Position numbers and translations under genes: made by a program
Shown: piece after piece, positions 55,032-64,000 of the stretch
Position numbering within the stretch: the stretch's first letter is position 1
Layout of the letters: every line of letters begins with the position of its first letter
Assembly: GCA_963824995.1 (NCBI GenBank)
Contig: CAWGRK010000009.1
Coordinates: 173,934-237,933 of the forward strand
Direction of reading: 5' to 3'
DNA: 64,000 nt
Source: an uncultured Actinomycetes bacterium
Lineage (GTDB): Bacteria > Actinomycetota > Acidimicrobiia > Spongiisociales > DATADW01
The notes under the pieces: generated by a model
Seen by the model: the letters and a program-made list of their open reading frames with translations, nothing else
Told to the model about the DNA's origin: nothing
Database searches by the model: none

Positions 55032-56633
55032 TCAGGCGAGGGCGACTAGTTCCAACATCGATTCGTCGAAGAAGGTGACCTCTCCCTCGGGCATCACCAC
55101 TGCCCTGTCCGGGGAGAGGGCTTCGACGAACTCGGTGTCATGGCTCACCAGGACGACCGTTCCGGTGTACTGGCGAAGTGCACCGAGCAGCGCCTCCTTG
55201 GCCTGCGGGTCGAGGTTGTTGGTGGGCTCGTCGAGCAGGAGGATGTTGGGACGGCCCATCACGAGCATGGCGAGCGCCAGCTTGGTCTTCTCCCCGCCGG
55301 AAAGGCTGTCCGCATCCTGATCGATCTTGTCGGCGAGCAGGAAGTGGCCGAGCACGGTGCGGAGCACCTGCGGCGGTTGGTCCGATACCCCCTTCATGTG
55401 CTCGAGGACCGTGGTACCGCGCTCGACCTGTTCGTGCTCCTGGGCGTAGTAGCCCACGCTGGCGTTGTGGCCGAGGGCGACCGTCCCTCTATCGGCGGTC
55501 TCGACCCCGGCGAGGATCCGCAAGAGAGTCGTCTTGCCGGCGCCATTCAACCCAAGGATCAACAGCCTCTCGCCGCGCTCGAGCGCCAGTCCGATCCCAT
55601 CGAATACAGGCTGATCGCCAAAGGCCTTGGCGAGACCCTCGGCGCTCATCGGGGTGCGACCCGAGGGCTCCGGCTGGGGGAACCGCACCGCTACGCCTTT
55701 CCCCACCCGAGCCACTTCCACCCGTTCTCTCTTGAGACGATCGGCCCTTGTCTGCATCGTCTGGGCCTTGCGCGCCATCGTCTGGGTGGTCCCCCGGAAC
55801 CTCCGGATCGTCTCCTCGAGTTGGGCGATCTTCTGATCCTGGTGACGCCGCTCCCGGATGCGCTGGGCGCGACGCTTGTCTCGTTCGGTGAGATACTCCG
55901 AATAGGTGCCGCGGTAGGTCTCGACAGTGCCGTCGTCGAGCGCCAGCACCGAGGTGATCGACTCATCGAGCAACGGCAGGTCGTGACTGACGACGAGCAA
56001 TCCACCGCGGTAGGCGGCGAGGAATTGGACCAGCCACGCCTTGGCATCGAGGTCCAAATGGTTGGTCGGCTCGTCGAGTAGGAGGATGTCGGTCTCGGCG
56101 AACAGGATCCGGGCTAGCTCGACCCGGCGCCGCTGACCACCGGACATCGTGCGCACCGGCTGAGCCAGCTCACCGGTACCGATCCCGAGTGAAGCCGCCA
56201 CCTGTTTGGCCTCTGCCTCGGCAGGGAAACCGCCGCGCGCCTCGAACTCGTCCTGGAGCCGGGCGAATCGGACGATGGCCCGATCGCGTGCCGTTCCTTC
56301 GAGTTTCTCGATCTTGCGTCTCGTCTCCTCCAGACGCCGCTGCAGCGACCCGATGTCACGCGCCGTGAGGATCCGCTCCAGGGCATTGGCGTCGGGGTGC
56401 TCGAGGTCGGGGAGAGCCGCCTCCTGCGAGAAGTAGCCCAGGTCGCCGGTGCGGAGCACGGCGCCTGCCGCCGGTGGCTGGTAGCCGACCAAGGTCCGCA
56501 GCATGGTCGTCTTGCCGGCACCGTTCCGTCCCACCAACCCGATCTTGTCCCCTCCATGGACGGTGAACGACGCACCTTCGAGAAGAACCCGAGGGCCGAC
56601 TTCGAGACGCAGGTCACGGACAATCAGAGACAT
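55032..56633 (-). CDS. ABC-F family ATPase (two NBDs, no TM)
   Basis: GRNGAGKT / SGGQ / LLLDEPTNHLD and GLNGAGKT / SGGE / LLDEPTNNLD. Confidence 0.93.
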   Translation of the reverse strand: MSLIVRDLRLEVGPRVLLEGASFTVHGGDKIGLVGRNGAGKTTMLRTLVGYQPPAAGAVLRTGDLGYFSQEAALPDLEHPDANALERILTARDIGSLQRRLEETRRKIEKLEGTARDRAIVRFARLQDEFEARGGFPAEAEAKQVAASLGIGTGELAQPVRTMSGGQRRRVELARILFAETDILLLDEPTNHLDLDAKAWLVQFLAAYRGGLLVVSHDLPLLDESITSVLALDDGTVETYRGTYSEYLTERDKRRAQRIRERRHQDQKIAQLEETIRRFRGTTQTMARKAQTMQTRADRLKRERVEVARVGKGVAVRFPQPEPSGRTPMSAEGLAKAFGDQPVFDGIGLALERGERLLILGLNGAGKTTLLRILAGVETADRGTVALGHNASVGYYAQEHEQVERGTTVLEHMKGVSDQPPQVLRTVLGHFLLADKIDQDADSLSGGEKTKLALAMLVMGRPNILLLDEPTNNLDPQAKEALLGALRQYTGTVVLVSHDTEFVEALSPDRAVVMPEGEVTFFDESMLELVALA

Positions 56634-56636
56634 GAG

Positions 56637-56750
56637 GGTGGTAAGTGATAGGTGGTAAGTGCTGGGTGAACCCGTCGAGGTTATCGGCAGCCATCGATGG
56701 CTGAACGGCTATTTGCTCCGTTTGTCTGCCGTCCGCCGTCCGCCGTCTGG
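56637..56750. repeat. Short tandem repeats: GGTGGTAAGTG x2 (14-bp period) and reverse-oriented GACGGCG heptamers
   Basis: GGTGGTAAGTG at 56637 and 56651; TGTCTGCCGTCCGCCGTCCGCCGTC at about 56723-56747. Confidence 0.65.
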
Positions 56751-56754
56751 TGGT

Positions 56755-58452
56755 TCAGCATTCCGGGAGGGCTATCCGACGGTCCACCTCGGTGTCGTGC
56801 AGCTCGATTACCTCGCCGTCGGGGAGGACCAGTCTCAGGTCAACGCGGTCGAGGTCGCCAAGACCGACGTGGACGAACGGCTCGCGGCCGGCGGCGTAGC
56901 CCTCGCCGATCGTGATCTGGCGGTGAGCCACCAGGGCCTCGGGGTCGCCCATCGACCCGGGTTCGTACACCTCGACCAGCGAACCGACGGCGTTGCCGGG
57001 TAGGGAAACCGAGATTTGGAGCCAGTGACCCGATGCGGTCTCGTTGTGGAGGGTGATGCTGGGTAGCGAGGGCTCCCACTCGAGGAGGAACAGGTCGAGC
57101 CGGCCGTCCCTGTCGAGGTCGGTCGTCGGCCCAGCCACCCAATATTGATCGGATCCGAGACCCTGCGGGGCCTCGAAGCGAGGTATCCCCTCCTCGACAC
57201 CCAGACCGTGGAAGACAGCGGGGAGCGTGCCATCGCCGGCGGATGCGGTGGTGATGATGTCGAGCCACCCATCGTTGTCGAGGTCCTCCAGTTGGACGTG
57301 TGGAGCCTTGGTGGGCAATGCGACCAGGCCCGCCTGTTCGGTCACATCCTCGAAGATCTGGCTCGTGCCGGTGCGGTTCAGGTAGAGCCGGACAGGCACC
57401 TCGGTGCCGCGATCCACCGTGCTGTTGTAATGCTGGCCGACCACCAGGTCGGTGAGCCCATCCCGGTTCACGTCGGCGGCGGCTGCCCCGGCCACGTCGT
57501 CCTCTTCACCGAACGCCTCCCACTCGGGGATCACTCCGACCTCCTCGGTGAAACCGCCCTCACCGGCCAGGAACAGCCGGTTCGACCCGGAGACGAAGAT
57601 GTCGGTGAGCCCACCACCGTCGAAGTCGGCAGTGGCGACACCCAACCCTTCGATTCCGGTGGGGAGCCCGACGGCTTCGGTGACGTCTTCGAACTGGAGA
57701 TCGCCGAGGTTGCGCAGCAGCACGCTGGAGCCGCCCTCGAAGTAACGGTCCTCGACGATGAACAGGTCGAGCATCCCGTCGGCGTCGTAGTCGAGAACCC
57801 CGATGGAACGACCCTTGAACCAAGGTTCCAGCGGCAGGTCGAGCGCCGTCCACGAACCGCCCTCGTTGCGCACCACCTGTGAGCCCAGCTCCGAACCGGG
57901 TCGGTCCTGGGAGTTACGTGACAACACCACGTCCTGGTCACCGTCGGCATCGAGATCCGCCACCACAGCCGCAGCAGTTCGTCCCAGACCACCGGGGAAT
58001 TCGTCCACCGCGGTGAAGACATCACCTCCCCGCAACAGCCGGTCGGGAGACGGACCGGTCGCTCCCCTGACCTCGTAGGCATCCGGCGGCCGGTTGGCGA
58101 ACGTCCCCGCCACCAGGTCGCTCACCATGTCGCCGTCGGTATCGCCAAAGGCGGCGGCGTGCCCGTGCATCCCGGTGAGCGGGTCCACCAATCCGAGGGC
58201 GGCGCTCTGATCGGTGAAGGAGATCGACTCCGACCCGGCGCTTGGAGCAGACGACCAGCACGTGATGGCATCCTCACCCGCCGAGGGGGGTGCCGTCGAC
58301 GGGGAGCCACTGGTCGCCTGAATGGTTGTCTGGGGGACCGCCTCGCTGCTGGAGGAAGGGTCGACGCTCTGTGGATCCGTCGATACGGGTCCACCACCCA
58401 GGGTGCAGGCCGCCAGCAGTGTCACCAGCGCCAGGGTCGCGGTGTTCCTCAC
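56755..58452 (-). CDS. FG-GAP repeat lipoprotein with ASPIC/UnbV-like C-terminus (CRTAC1-like)
   Basis: Lipobox LAAC; several DxDxDGxxD repeats; HWLQI...NAVG...HVGLG. Confidence 0.85.
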   Translation of the reverse strand: MRNTATLALVTLLAACTLGGGPVSTDPQSVDPSSSSEAVPQTTIQATSGSPSTAPPSAGEDAITCWSSAPSAGSESISFTDQSAALGLVDPLTGMHGHAAAFGDTDGDMVSDLVAGTFANRPPDAYEVRGATGPSPDRLLRGGDVFTAVDEFPGGLGRTAAAVVADLDADGDQDVVLSRNSQDRPGSELGSQVVRNEGGSWTALDLPLEPWFKGRSIGVLDYDADGMLDLFIVEDRYFEGGSSVLLRNLGDLQFEDVTEAVGLPTGIEGLGVATADFDGGGLTDIFVSGSNRLFLAGEGGFTEEVGVIPEWEAFGEEDDVAGAAAADVNRDGLTDLVVGQHYNSTVDRGTEVPVRLYLNRTGTSQIFEDVTEQAGLVALPTKAPHVQLEDLDNDGWLDIITTASAGDGTLPAVFHGLGVEEGIPRFEAPQGLGSDQYWVAGPTTDLDRDGRLDLFLLEWEPSLPSITLHNETASGHWLQISVSLPGNAVGSLVEVYEPGSMGDPEALVAHRQITIGEGYAAGREPFVHVGLGDLDRVDLRLVLPDGEVIELHDTEVDRRIALPEC

Positions 58453-59810
58453 GGCTCGACCAGGACCGCCACCACCTGCCCGAAGGCCTCCCTCTCGCCC
58501 GGTGGCGCCGCGTTCAGCCCGATGAAGATGCCGCCGCTGGCGGGGTCCACCACGACGTCGTAGGTGCCGCCCGCGGTCAACCCGAAGGCCTGCTCGGTGA
58601 GCGGGTTGAGCTCGACGATGGTCCGCTGCTCGCCACTCGCGGTATCCACCGCCACCAGGGGCGTGCCCTGCTCCCAGCTGTCACCGTGGGCCCCCGGCAC
58701 GTAGTAGATCGTGCCGCCGTCCGGTGACAGTCCGAGTGAGGTGGTGTAACCGGCGGCCGGTCCGAGGTTACGGACGCTGCCATCCGGAGAAAGAGCGAAC
58801 AACTCGGCGGGCACGTCCGTTACTCCGTACACGGTGCCATCGGGGGCGGGGGGTGTGGCCGCCCGGATGGTCGGCCCCGGGATGGTGGCAGGGCTCTCGG
58901 ATACCGACCCTGCGGCCGGGTCATAGACAGCGAGCCCGCCACCGCCGATCGAGTAGTAGGCACGTCCCATCGCATCTACCGCGATACTGCGAAAACCCTC
59001 GTGGTCGTCGTCCTCGTGGGTGGTCTCCACAGCGCCGCTCTCCATGGCGGCCACCACGAAGGGTCCAGAGTTCCGCTCCGAGGTGAGCGGGTCGGCCGCC
59101 TCCAGATAGAGCAGCCCGTTTGCCGCCGAACCCGCCATCGAAGGCAAGCCGTGCCCTGGTGCGGGAACCCCGAGCGACTCGGTAGATCTTCCGTCCGGGT
59201 CGAGCCTGAGCAGCACGTCGCCGGTGTACGCCTCGCTGTATGACAGATCGCGCCTGGTCCCCCAGTAGGTAGCGGCGTACACCTCGCCGCATGGCCCGGT
59301 CACCATCTGGGCGTGGACCTTGCCGTACCCGCCCTCGGCATCGGGGAGAGGAGCCACCGAAAGCACGTCGCCCACCCGGGTGAGCCTGCCACTCGCCGGG
59401 TCGAGCTCGTAGAAGAAGGAGTTGCCGCCGGTACCGCCATGGTCACCGACGGCGGAGATGACGCGGCCGTCGTCGAGGACCACCCCCTGACCCCACTGCG
59501 ACCACAGCCGCCCCTCGTAGTCGGGCAGCGGATAGACAGCCATCCGCACTCCGGATCCGACGTCGACCAGGTCTGCGGTGGCGTCCTGGGTCCAGGGGAC
59601 GCCTTCGCCGGGTGGGCAGGCGTTCCCCCCGGTGGCGGCTGGCGGCGTGGTGGCCGTGCCCGGCTCGGCGGGAAGGGTGGTCGCAGCTGACACCGCATCG
59701 GTGGTCGGTGTCGAGATCGACAGGTCGCTGCCCGCAGTGGCAACGGTCTGGACCGGCGAGCAGGCCGCAACCAGAAAGCCGAGCGCCAGCAAGGTTCGGG
59801 CGCGCCTCAT
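58449..59810 (-). CDS. Predicted beta-propeller lipoprotein of unknown function
   Basis: Lipobox VAAC from ATG 59810; repeated xDPxxG turns; GKVHA and ATYWG motifs. Confidence 0.72.
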   Translation of the reverse strand: MRRARTLLALGFLVAACSPVQTVATAGSDLSISTPTTDAVSAATTLPAEPGTATTPPAATGGNACPPGEGVPWTQDATADLVDVGSGVRMAVYPLPDYEGRLWSQWGQGVVLDDGRVISAVGDHGGTGGNSFFYELDPASGRLTRVGDVLSVAPLPDAEGGYGKVHAQMVTGPCGEVYAATYWGTRRDLSYSEAYTGDVLLRLDPDGRSTESLGVPAPGHGLPSMAGSAANGLLYLEAADPLTSERNSGPFVVAAMESGAVETTHEDDDHEGFRSIAVDAMGRAYYSIGGGGLAVYDPAAGSVSESPATIPGPTIRAATPPAPDGTVYGVTDVPAELFALSPDGSVRNLGPAAGYTTSLGLSPDGGTIYYVPGAHGDSWEQGTPLVAVDTASGEQRTIVELNPLTEQAFGLTAGGTYDVVVDPASGGIFIGLNAAPPGEREAFGQVVAVLVEP

Positions 59811-59880
59811 CACGGTTGTCCTCTCCCCCGTCACCCGATCACGGTATCGGGAGCCCATGACTATGTGTGGTCGGACCGAA

Positions 59881-60699
59881 TCAGCCGCTGGCCCACCAGA
59901 TGGTGACCAACTCGCGGTCCTCGTCAGTCGGTACCAGCCTGCCGTTCTCCTCGATCAATCTGGTCTGGAGGAGGTCCCCCAACTCGTCCCACCGTTGCCT
60001 GGGGAGCACGAGCCGGCGGCCGTAGTAGGCCATCGCCTCGTCCCAATTCTCGAACCAGAGGTCGCCGGGGCGGCGCCACCGCTCCACCGATGGGTTGATC
60101 CCGGTGACCTCCTCGATCACGGCGACGAGGTCGTCGCCGGTGGGTCCGAAGGGACGCTCCAACCCGTGCAGCTCGTGGAAGAGAGGACCAAGACCAACCC
60201 AAGGATGGCGGTCGGTGTTCTCGATGACGACGGTAGACCCATGCCCGGCGAGCCCCAGAAGGAAGGGCCCAATGTCTGCGACGTCGTATGCCACGTGCGA
60301 TGCGAGCGAGACGGTGAACTCCCCCACCGAGACACCTGGCCACGAGCCCTCGACAACATCGATCGATTGTCCCATCGCCTCGCTCCGCAACGCCTCCAGC
60401 ATCCCGGCATCTCGCTCGACGGCGGTGACCCGCCATCCCTCGGCGGCAATGGGCAAGGCGACACGGCCGGTCCCGGCGCCAACGTCGAGCAGATCGCCGG
60501 AATCGCCGCTCGGTCCTTCAGCCAGCAGCCGGAGGATCAGGTCGAGCGTGAACCCCGCCGGCCGTTCACGTGCTGTTGCGGTACGCCGCTTCCACAGGTT
60601 GGCCGCCCAGCCGTATGGGGAATCGGGGACGGCGTCGAGCAACTCCTGGGGTATGACCCATGACTCGAGGTCCTTGCGCCACTTGGCGGCAGCGCTCAC
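59881..60699 (-). CDS. Class I SAM-dependent methyltransferase
   Basis: LLDVGAGTG, AVE, HVAY; GTG start overlaps the PIG-L stop. Confidence 0.85.
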   Translation of the reverse strand: MSAAAKWRKDLESWVIPQELLDAVPDSPYGWAANLWKRRTATARERPAGFTLDLILRLLAEGPSGDSGDLLDVGAGTGRVALPIAAEGWRVTAVERDAGMLEALRSEAMGQSIDVVEGSWPGVSVGEFTVSLASHVAYDVADIGPFLLGLAGHGSTVVIENTDRHPWVGLGPLFHELHGLERPFGPTGDDLVAVIEEVTGINPSVERWRRPGDLWFENWDEAMAYYGRRLVLPRQRWDELGDLLQTRLIEENGRLVPTDEDRELVTIWWASG

Positions 60700-61541
60700 C
60701 GCAGCCCGGCGAAGAGGTCCTCTTCGTGATCGGGTGCGTCGACCCGGCTGAAGACTCTCACGAAAGTCTCGGTGCCCAGGATCTCCGGCCGCCACTCCTC
60801 TGGCACATTGAGCAGGAACCAATCATCTGGGATCTGGCTGCGATGCGCCCGCAGCGCCAGTTCCTTGCGCTCCCACACGTGGCGGTTGTCCAGCCAGGCG
60901 GTCACATGCTCGTCTGGAGTACCCATCTGCTTCATCCGGACCGCGTCCTCTTCGGTGATCAACCCGGCATTGACCCGGGCATCGGCGAAGGTCTCCATCC
61001 GGCGCCGGGGGATGGCAGTCCAATAGAGCTTTGCCACCGTCCACGGCGTCTCGCCGTCTTCGGCCGGGAAACGGCCAAGGTCGGCCGCACTCACAAAAGC
61101 AGCCAGACCGACCCGGTGCACCTGGATGTGGTCGGGATGCCCGTACCCGCCGAATGGGTCGTAGATCACCATCACCTCGGGCTGGTGGCGGCGGATCAGC
61201 CGGACCAGCCGAGCGGTCGCCTCGAACAGATCGGCCCGCCAGAACGACTCGGCATGACTGTTGGCCTCGGTCCCCATCATCCCCGAGTCGCGGTACCCGA
61301 GGAACTCGTGCAGCTTGACCCCGAGGATTTCGAGCGCGGCGGCGATCTCCTCGGCGCGCACCTCAGCGAGCCGAGGTCGAATGGCGTCGATGTCGTCGTA
61401 GTTGTGGATCTCGCCCTCGACACCGTCGGTGGCGGTCACCACCACCACCTGCTCACCCTGGTCGGCATATCGAGCCAGCGTGCTGCCGGTGGAGGACACC
61501 TCGTCGTCGGGATGGGCGTGGAATGCGAGCAGTCCGGGCAT
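60696..61541 (-). CDS. PIG-L/LmbE family deacetylase (MshB/Mca-like)
   Basis: FHAHPDDE, YRDSGM, GGYGHPDH, AHRSQ. Confidence 0.9.
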   Translation of the reverse strand: MPGLLAFHAHPDDEVSSTGSTLARYADQGEQVVVVTATDGVEGEIHNYDDIDAIRPRLAEVRAEEIAAALEILGVKLHEFLGYRDSGMMGTEANSHAESFWRADLFEATARLVRLIRRHQPEVMVIYDPFGGYGHPDHIQVHRVGLAAFVSAADLGRFPAEDGETPWTVAKLYWTAIPRRRMETFADARVNAGLITEEDAVRMKQMGTPDEHVTAWLDNRHVWERKELALRAHRSQIPDDWFLLNVPEEWRPEILGTETFVRVFSRVDAPDHEEDLFAGLR

Positions 61542-61604
61542 AGCCGGTCACCTTAGGCCATCGCAGCCACCGCGCCGGCGTGACGGTGTGGCCCGGTTTG
61601 TCGC

Positions 61605-62312
61605 TCATCCAGCGATGAACGCTGCGTAGCGGGTGATGGTGCGAAAGCCCATCTTGGCGTATACGGGGAAGCCCATCTCCGTCGCCTCGAGAATCACCGC
61701 CCGGCAGTCCCATTCCTTGCCAGCCTCCACCGCGGCCCAACTCGCCGCTGTCCCCACACCGCGTCGTCGGGCCTCGGGGACCGTGCCGACCGCAACGACG
61801 CTCGCCACCTCGCCACACCGGATGGCACCCGAACTGCCCACGGGACGACCGTCGAGGTACGCCGTGAAGAGCCGGATATCGGAGTCGCCGGCCATCGAGC
61901 TGGGGACGTAGTCGGCGACGCCGGGGTCGAGACCCGGCACCACACTCACCCCCGTGTCTGGCTCGGGTGCGGGCGGGATGGGATGCACGGCCATCGCTGG
62001 GACGGTCCAGGCGGCCCTCACCATGCCATACTCCGCCGCCACCGGCGTCAACCCATCGACGACCGCTTCGTCGACCCAAAAGCCATATGGCAGCCCGCTT
62101 TCGTTGAGCCATCCCAGAGCAGCAACGAGGTGTTCAGGAGCCACTGGCTGCGTCACGACGCATCCGTTGAGCTGTGGGGTGGCAAGACCGCTGACGAAGG
62201 CAAAGGTCTCCCCGGCGTCCCACACCGCGCCGTTCGGGCAGTGCTCGGCCAGCTTGCGGAAGGCGTTGACGTAGCTCCGGTGCGCCGCCGAGATGAGTTG
62301 CTCCTCGGTCAT
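61605..62312 (-). CDS. GNAT family N-acetyltransferase
   Basis: VGTVPEARRRGVG, LEATEMG..VYAKMGF; GGAGG RBS. Confidence 0.88.
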   Translation of the reverse strand: MTEEQLISAAHRSYVNAFRKLAEHCPNGAVWDAGETFAFVSGLATPQLNGCVVTQPVAPEHLVAALGWLNESGLPYGFWVDEAVVDGLTPVAAEYGMVRAAWTVPAMAVHPIPPAPEPDTGVSVVPGLDPGVADYVPSSMAGDSDIRLFTAYLDGRPVGSSGAIRCGEVASVVAVGTVPEARRRGVGTAASWAAVEAGKEWDCRAVILEATEMGFPVYAKMGFRTITRYAAFIAG

Positions 62313-62325
62313 CGCCTCCTGCATG

Positions 62326-62862
62326 TCAGCCCACCCGACCGCCTGTCCGCCAGTAGACGCCTTCCGCCCTGGTCAGATAGCCCTCATCGACCATGTAACG
62401 GCGCAACGTGGCGTGATCGGGGTGAAACAGTTGGAGGATCAGGTCCACCTGGCGTTCGGGATAGCGCAGTCCCGGCTCGAACTCCTGGGAGAGTCGATCC
62501 AGTACGAGCAGGCGCTTGGCCCTCTGCGCCGGGATCTGGGTGAGTCGCGACCCTTGGAAGAAGCGGGTCATCACCGACACCTCTTCGGTGGACCACGGAC
62601 CCTCGGTCAACTCGGCCGAGGCTGCCTCGACCGCAGGCAACGCCCTTGCCGTGTCGCGCAGTGCCTCGCGATCGAGCCGGAGGTCATCGGTGAGCAGCCC
62701 GGCATCGCGCAAACGCCCGACGGCCTGCAGGATGCGCCGCCGGGGGACATCGAGCATCCTGGCCAGCAACGAGACGTCCACCGGACCGACGGCGGCGTGG
62801 CCGAGCACGGCGAGCCGCTCGGGGTCGAGCGCCAATCTGAGGAATTCGGTCGGCGGGGTCAC
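62326..62862 (-). CDS. wHTH + DUF2087 domain protein
   Basis: IPAQRAKR, FEPGLRYPE, DHATLRRYMVD, YW. Confidence 0.85.
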   Translation of the reverse strand: MTPPTEFLRLALDPERLAVLGHAAVGPVDVSLLARMLDVPRRRILQAVGRLRDAGLLTDDLRLDREALRDTARALPAVEAASAELTEGPWSTEEVSVMTRFFQGSRLTQIPAQRAKRLLVLDRLSQEFEPGLRYPERQVDLILQLFHPDHATLRRYMVDEGYLTRAEGVYWRTGGRVG

Positions 62863-62921
62863 CGGCTCAGGGTATCTCGGCCTACCCGGAGGGGAACGAG
62901 CATGTTGGTTAGCCTCCCCCG

Positions 62922-63368
62922 GTGCCCGAGCGGTCCTTCACCCACGTGGTCAATGCAGCAACCGGGATCGAGACCGCGTGGCAGGCGCTTCAGGACGAGT
63001 CGACATGGGGGTCCGTTGGGGGAGTCGACCGGTTGTGGGACGCGGTGCACGACGCAGCCGGCGAACTCCGCAGCTATCGATTCGCCGCCACCGCGGGACG
63101 CCAATACGAGGGAACCGCCGAAGTGGTCGATTCGGTCCGGCCCGAGAGAATGACGGTCGCCTTGTCTACTTCGGAACTCGATGGACAGATCGCAGTGGCG
63201 TTGCAACCGATCGATGAGCGCCAGACCGAAGTTGCGGTGAAGCTCGGGATTCGTTCCAAGAGCTGGCTGTCGACTGCCCTCTTCCCGGTCGTGGCAGCAG
63301 CAGTCGGATCGGGTCTTCCGGCCAACGTCGAGAGCTTCGCCCGTAGGCTCGAAGGGACCGCCGGCTGA
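62922..63368 (+). CDS. SRPBCC/CoxG-like protein
   Basis: AWQALQD..TW start and fold-typical length. Confidence 0.65.
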   Translation: MPERSFTHVVNAATGIETAWQALQDESTWGSVGGVDRLWDAVHDAAGELRSYRFAATAGRQYEGTAEVVDSVRPERMTVALSTSELDGQIAVALQPIDERQTEVAVKLGIRSKSWLSTALFPVVAAAVGSGLPANVESFARRLEGTAG

Positions 63369-63369
63369 C

Positions 63370-63735
63370 CTAAGCGGTCTGCTCCTCCTCGGCCTGCTCT
63401 TCCTCGATCCGCTCTTCCTCGGCCTGCTCTTCCTCGATCTTCAACTCGGCGGCAAGCTCAGCCGCACCCTCACGCCCACCCGTTGCGATCTCGGCCCGAT
63501 CGGTGAGCAGCGTGACCTGGTTCTGGAGCACCTGCAGAAAGCCGCCGTGGACCCCAACGGTGGTCCGGTCGTTGCCCGACTCGATGATCACCGCCCCTGT
63601 GGCCAGAGCCGCCATCACCGGCTCGTGATCGGTGAGGATTCCGATCTCACCCTCGGTAGTGCGCGCCACGAGGAAGTCGGCCTCCCCCGACCAGACCACC
63701 GCCTCGGGCGACACCACGTCCACCTGGAAAGGCAT
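63370..63735 (-). CDS. atpC: F1F0 ATP synthase epsilon subunit
   Basis: VDVVSPE, GEIGIL..HEP, VHGGF; follows atpD. Confidence 0.93.
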   Translation of the reverse strand: MPFQVDVVSPEAVVWSGEADFLVARTTEGEIGILTDHEPVMAALATGAVIIESGNDRTTVGVHGGFLQVLQNQVTLLTDRAEIATGGREGAAELAAELKIEEEQAEEERIEEEQAEEEQTA

Positions 63736-64000
63736 TACTGCCCGACCTTCTCCAAATCGCGTCCTTTAGCTTGGGCCTCCTCGATACCGCCGACCATGTA
63801 GAACGCCTGCTCGGGGAGCGAGTCGACCTCACCATCGACGATCATCTTGAAGTCGCGCACCGAGTCCTCGAGCGAGACGAAGCTGCCCGGAATCCCGGTG
63901 AACTGCTCGGCCACGAAGAATGGCTGGGAGAGGAAGCGCTCGATCCGACGGGCCCTGGCCACGACCAGCTTGTCCTCCTCGGAGAGCTCATCGATCCCGA
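63735..64000 (-). CDS. atpD: F1F0 ATP synthase beta subunit, 3' end
   Basis: [41 protein letters not shown]. Confidence 0.96.
   Translation of the reverse strand, partial: GIDELSEEDKLVVARARRIERFLSQPFFVAEQFTGIPGSFVSLEDSVRDFKMIVDGEVDSLPEQAFYMVGGIEEAQAKGRDLEKVGQ

Noticed and set aside
55032..56633. Antibiotic-resistance ABC-F
   Set aside because: No leader peptide or resistance context is seen; it looks like a housekeeping actinobacterial ABC-F, and the subfamily cannot be assigned without a search.
60696..61541. Specific call of mshB or mca
   Set aside because: The family motifs are shared by both and by other PIG-L enzymes; cannot be distinguished by eye.

Overview
High-GC actinobacterial chromosomal window; gene content and style suggest Acidimicrobiia (inference). 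It is mostly housekeeping and metabolic genes: iscS-mnmA-ligA, murA, rpiB, large NAD-glutamate dehydrogenase, pgl, deoC plus a two-part aldehyde dehydrogenase, metG, sodN/sodX, korAB, a long-chain acyl-CoA ligase, an ABC-F ATPase, atpC and the 3' end of atpD. An accessory block at about 30.6-43.3 kb encodes large VWA/Ig-repeat surface proteins with sortase-type C-termini and a PrsW protease. Many single-base frameshifts, including in essential ligA, point to uncorrected sequencing indels rather than biology. I found no rRNA, tRNA, CRISPR array or transposase. Best candidates for something new: (1) a translationally coupled pair in which a split-barrel (PNPOx/FDOR-like) flavoprotein precedes a MenA-type prenyltransferase carrying a second split-barrel-like domain; (2) an RCK-gated channel whose pore loop reads TTIFGQGD instead of TTVGYGD and which has an internal Shine-Dalgarno/ATG for a soluble RCK domain; (3) a NiSOD with Met replacing the hook Pro5; (4) a dispersed palindromic repeat of fixed 39-bp span, one copy apparently translated as the N-terminus of an enzyme; (5) a surface protein with both a lipobox and a sortase-type signal. 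All family assignments come from motif recognition, not database searches.
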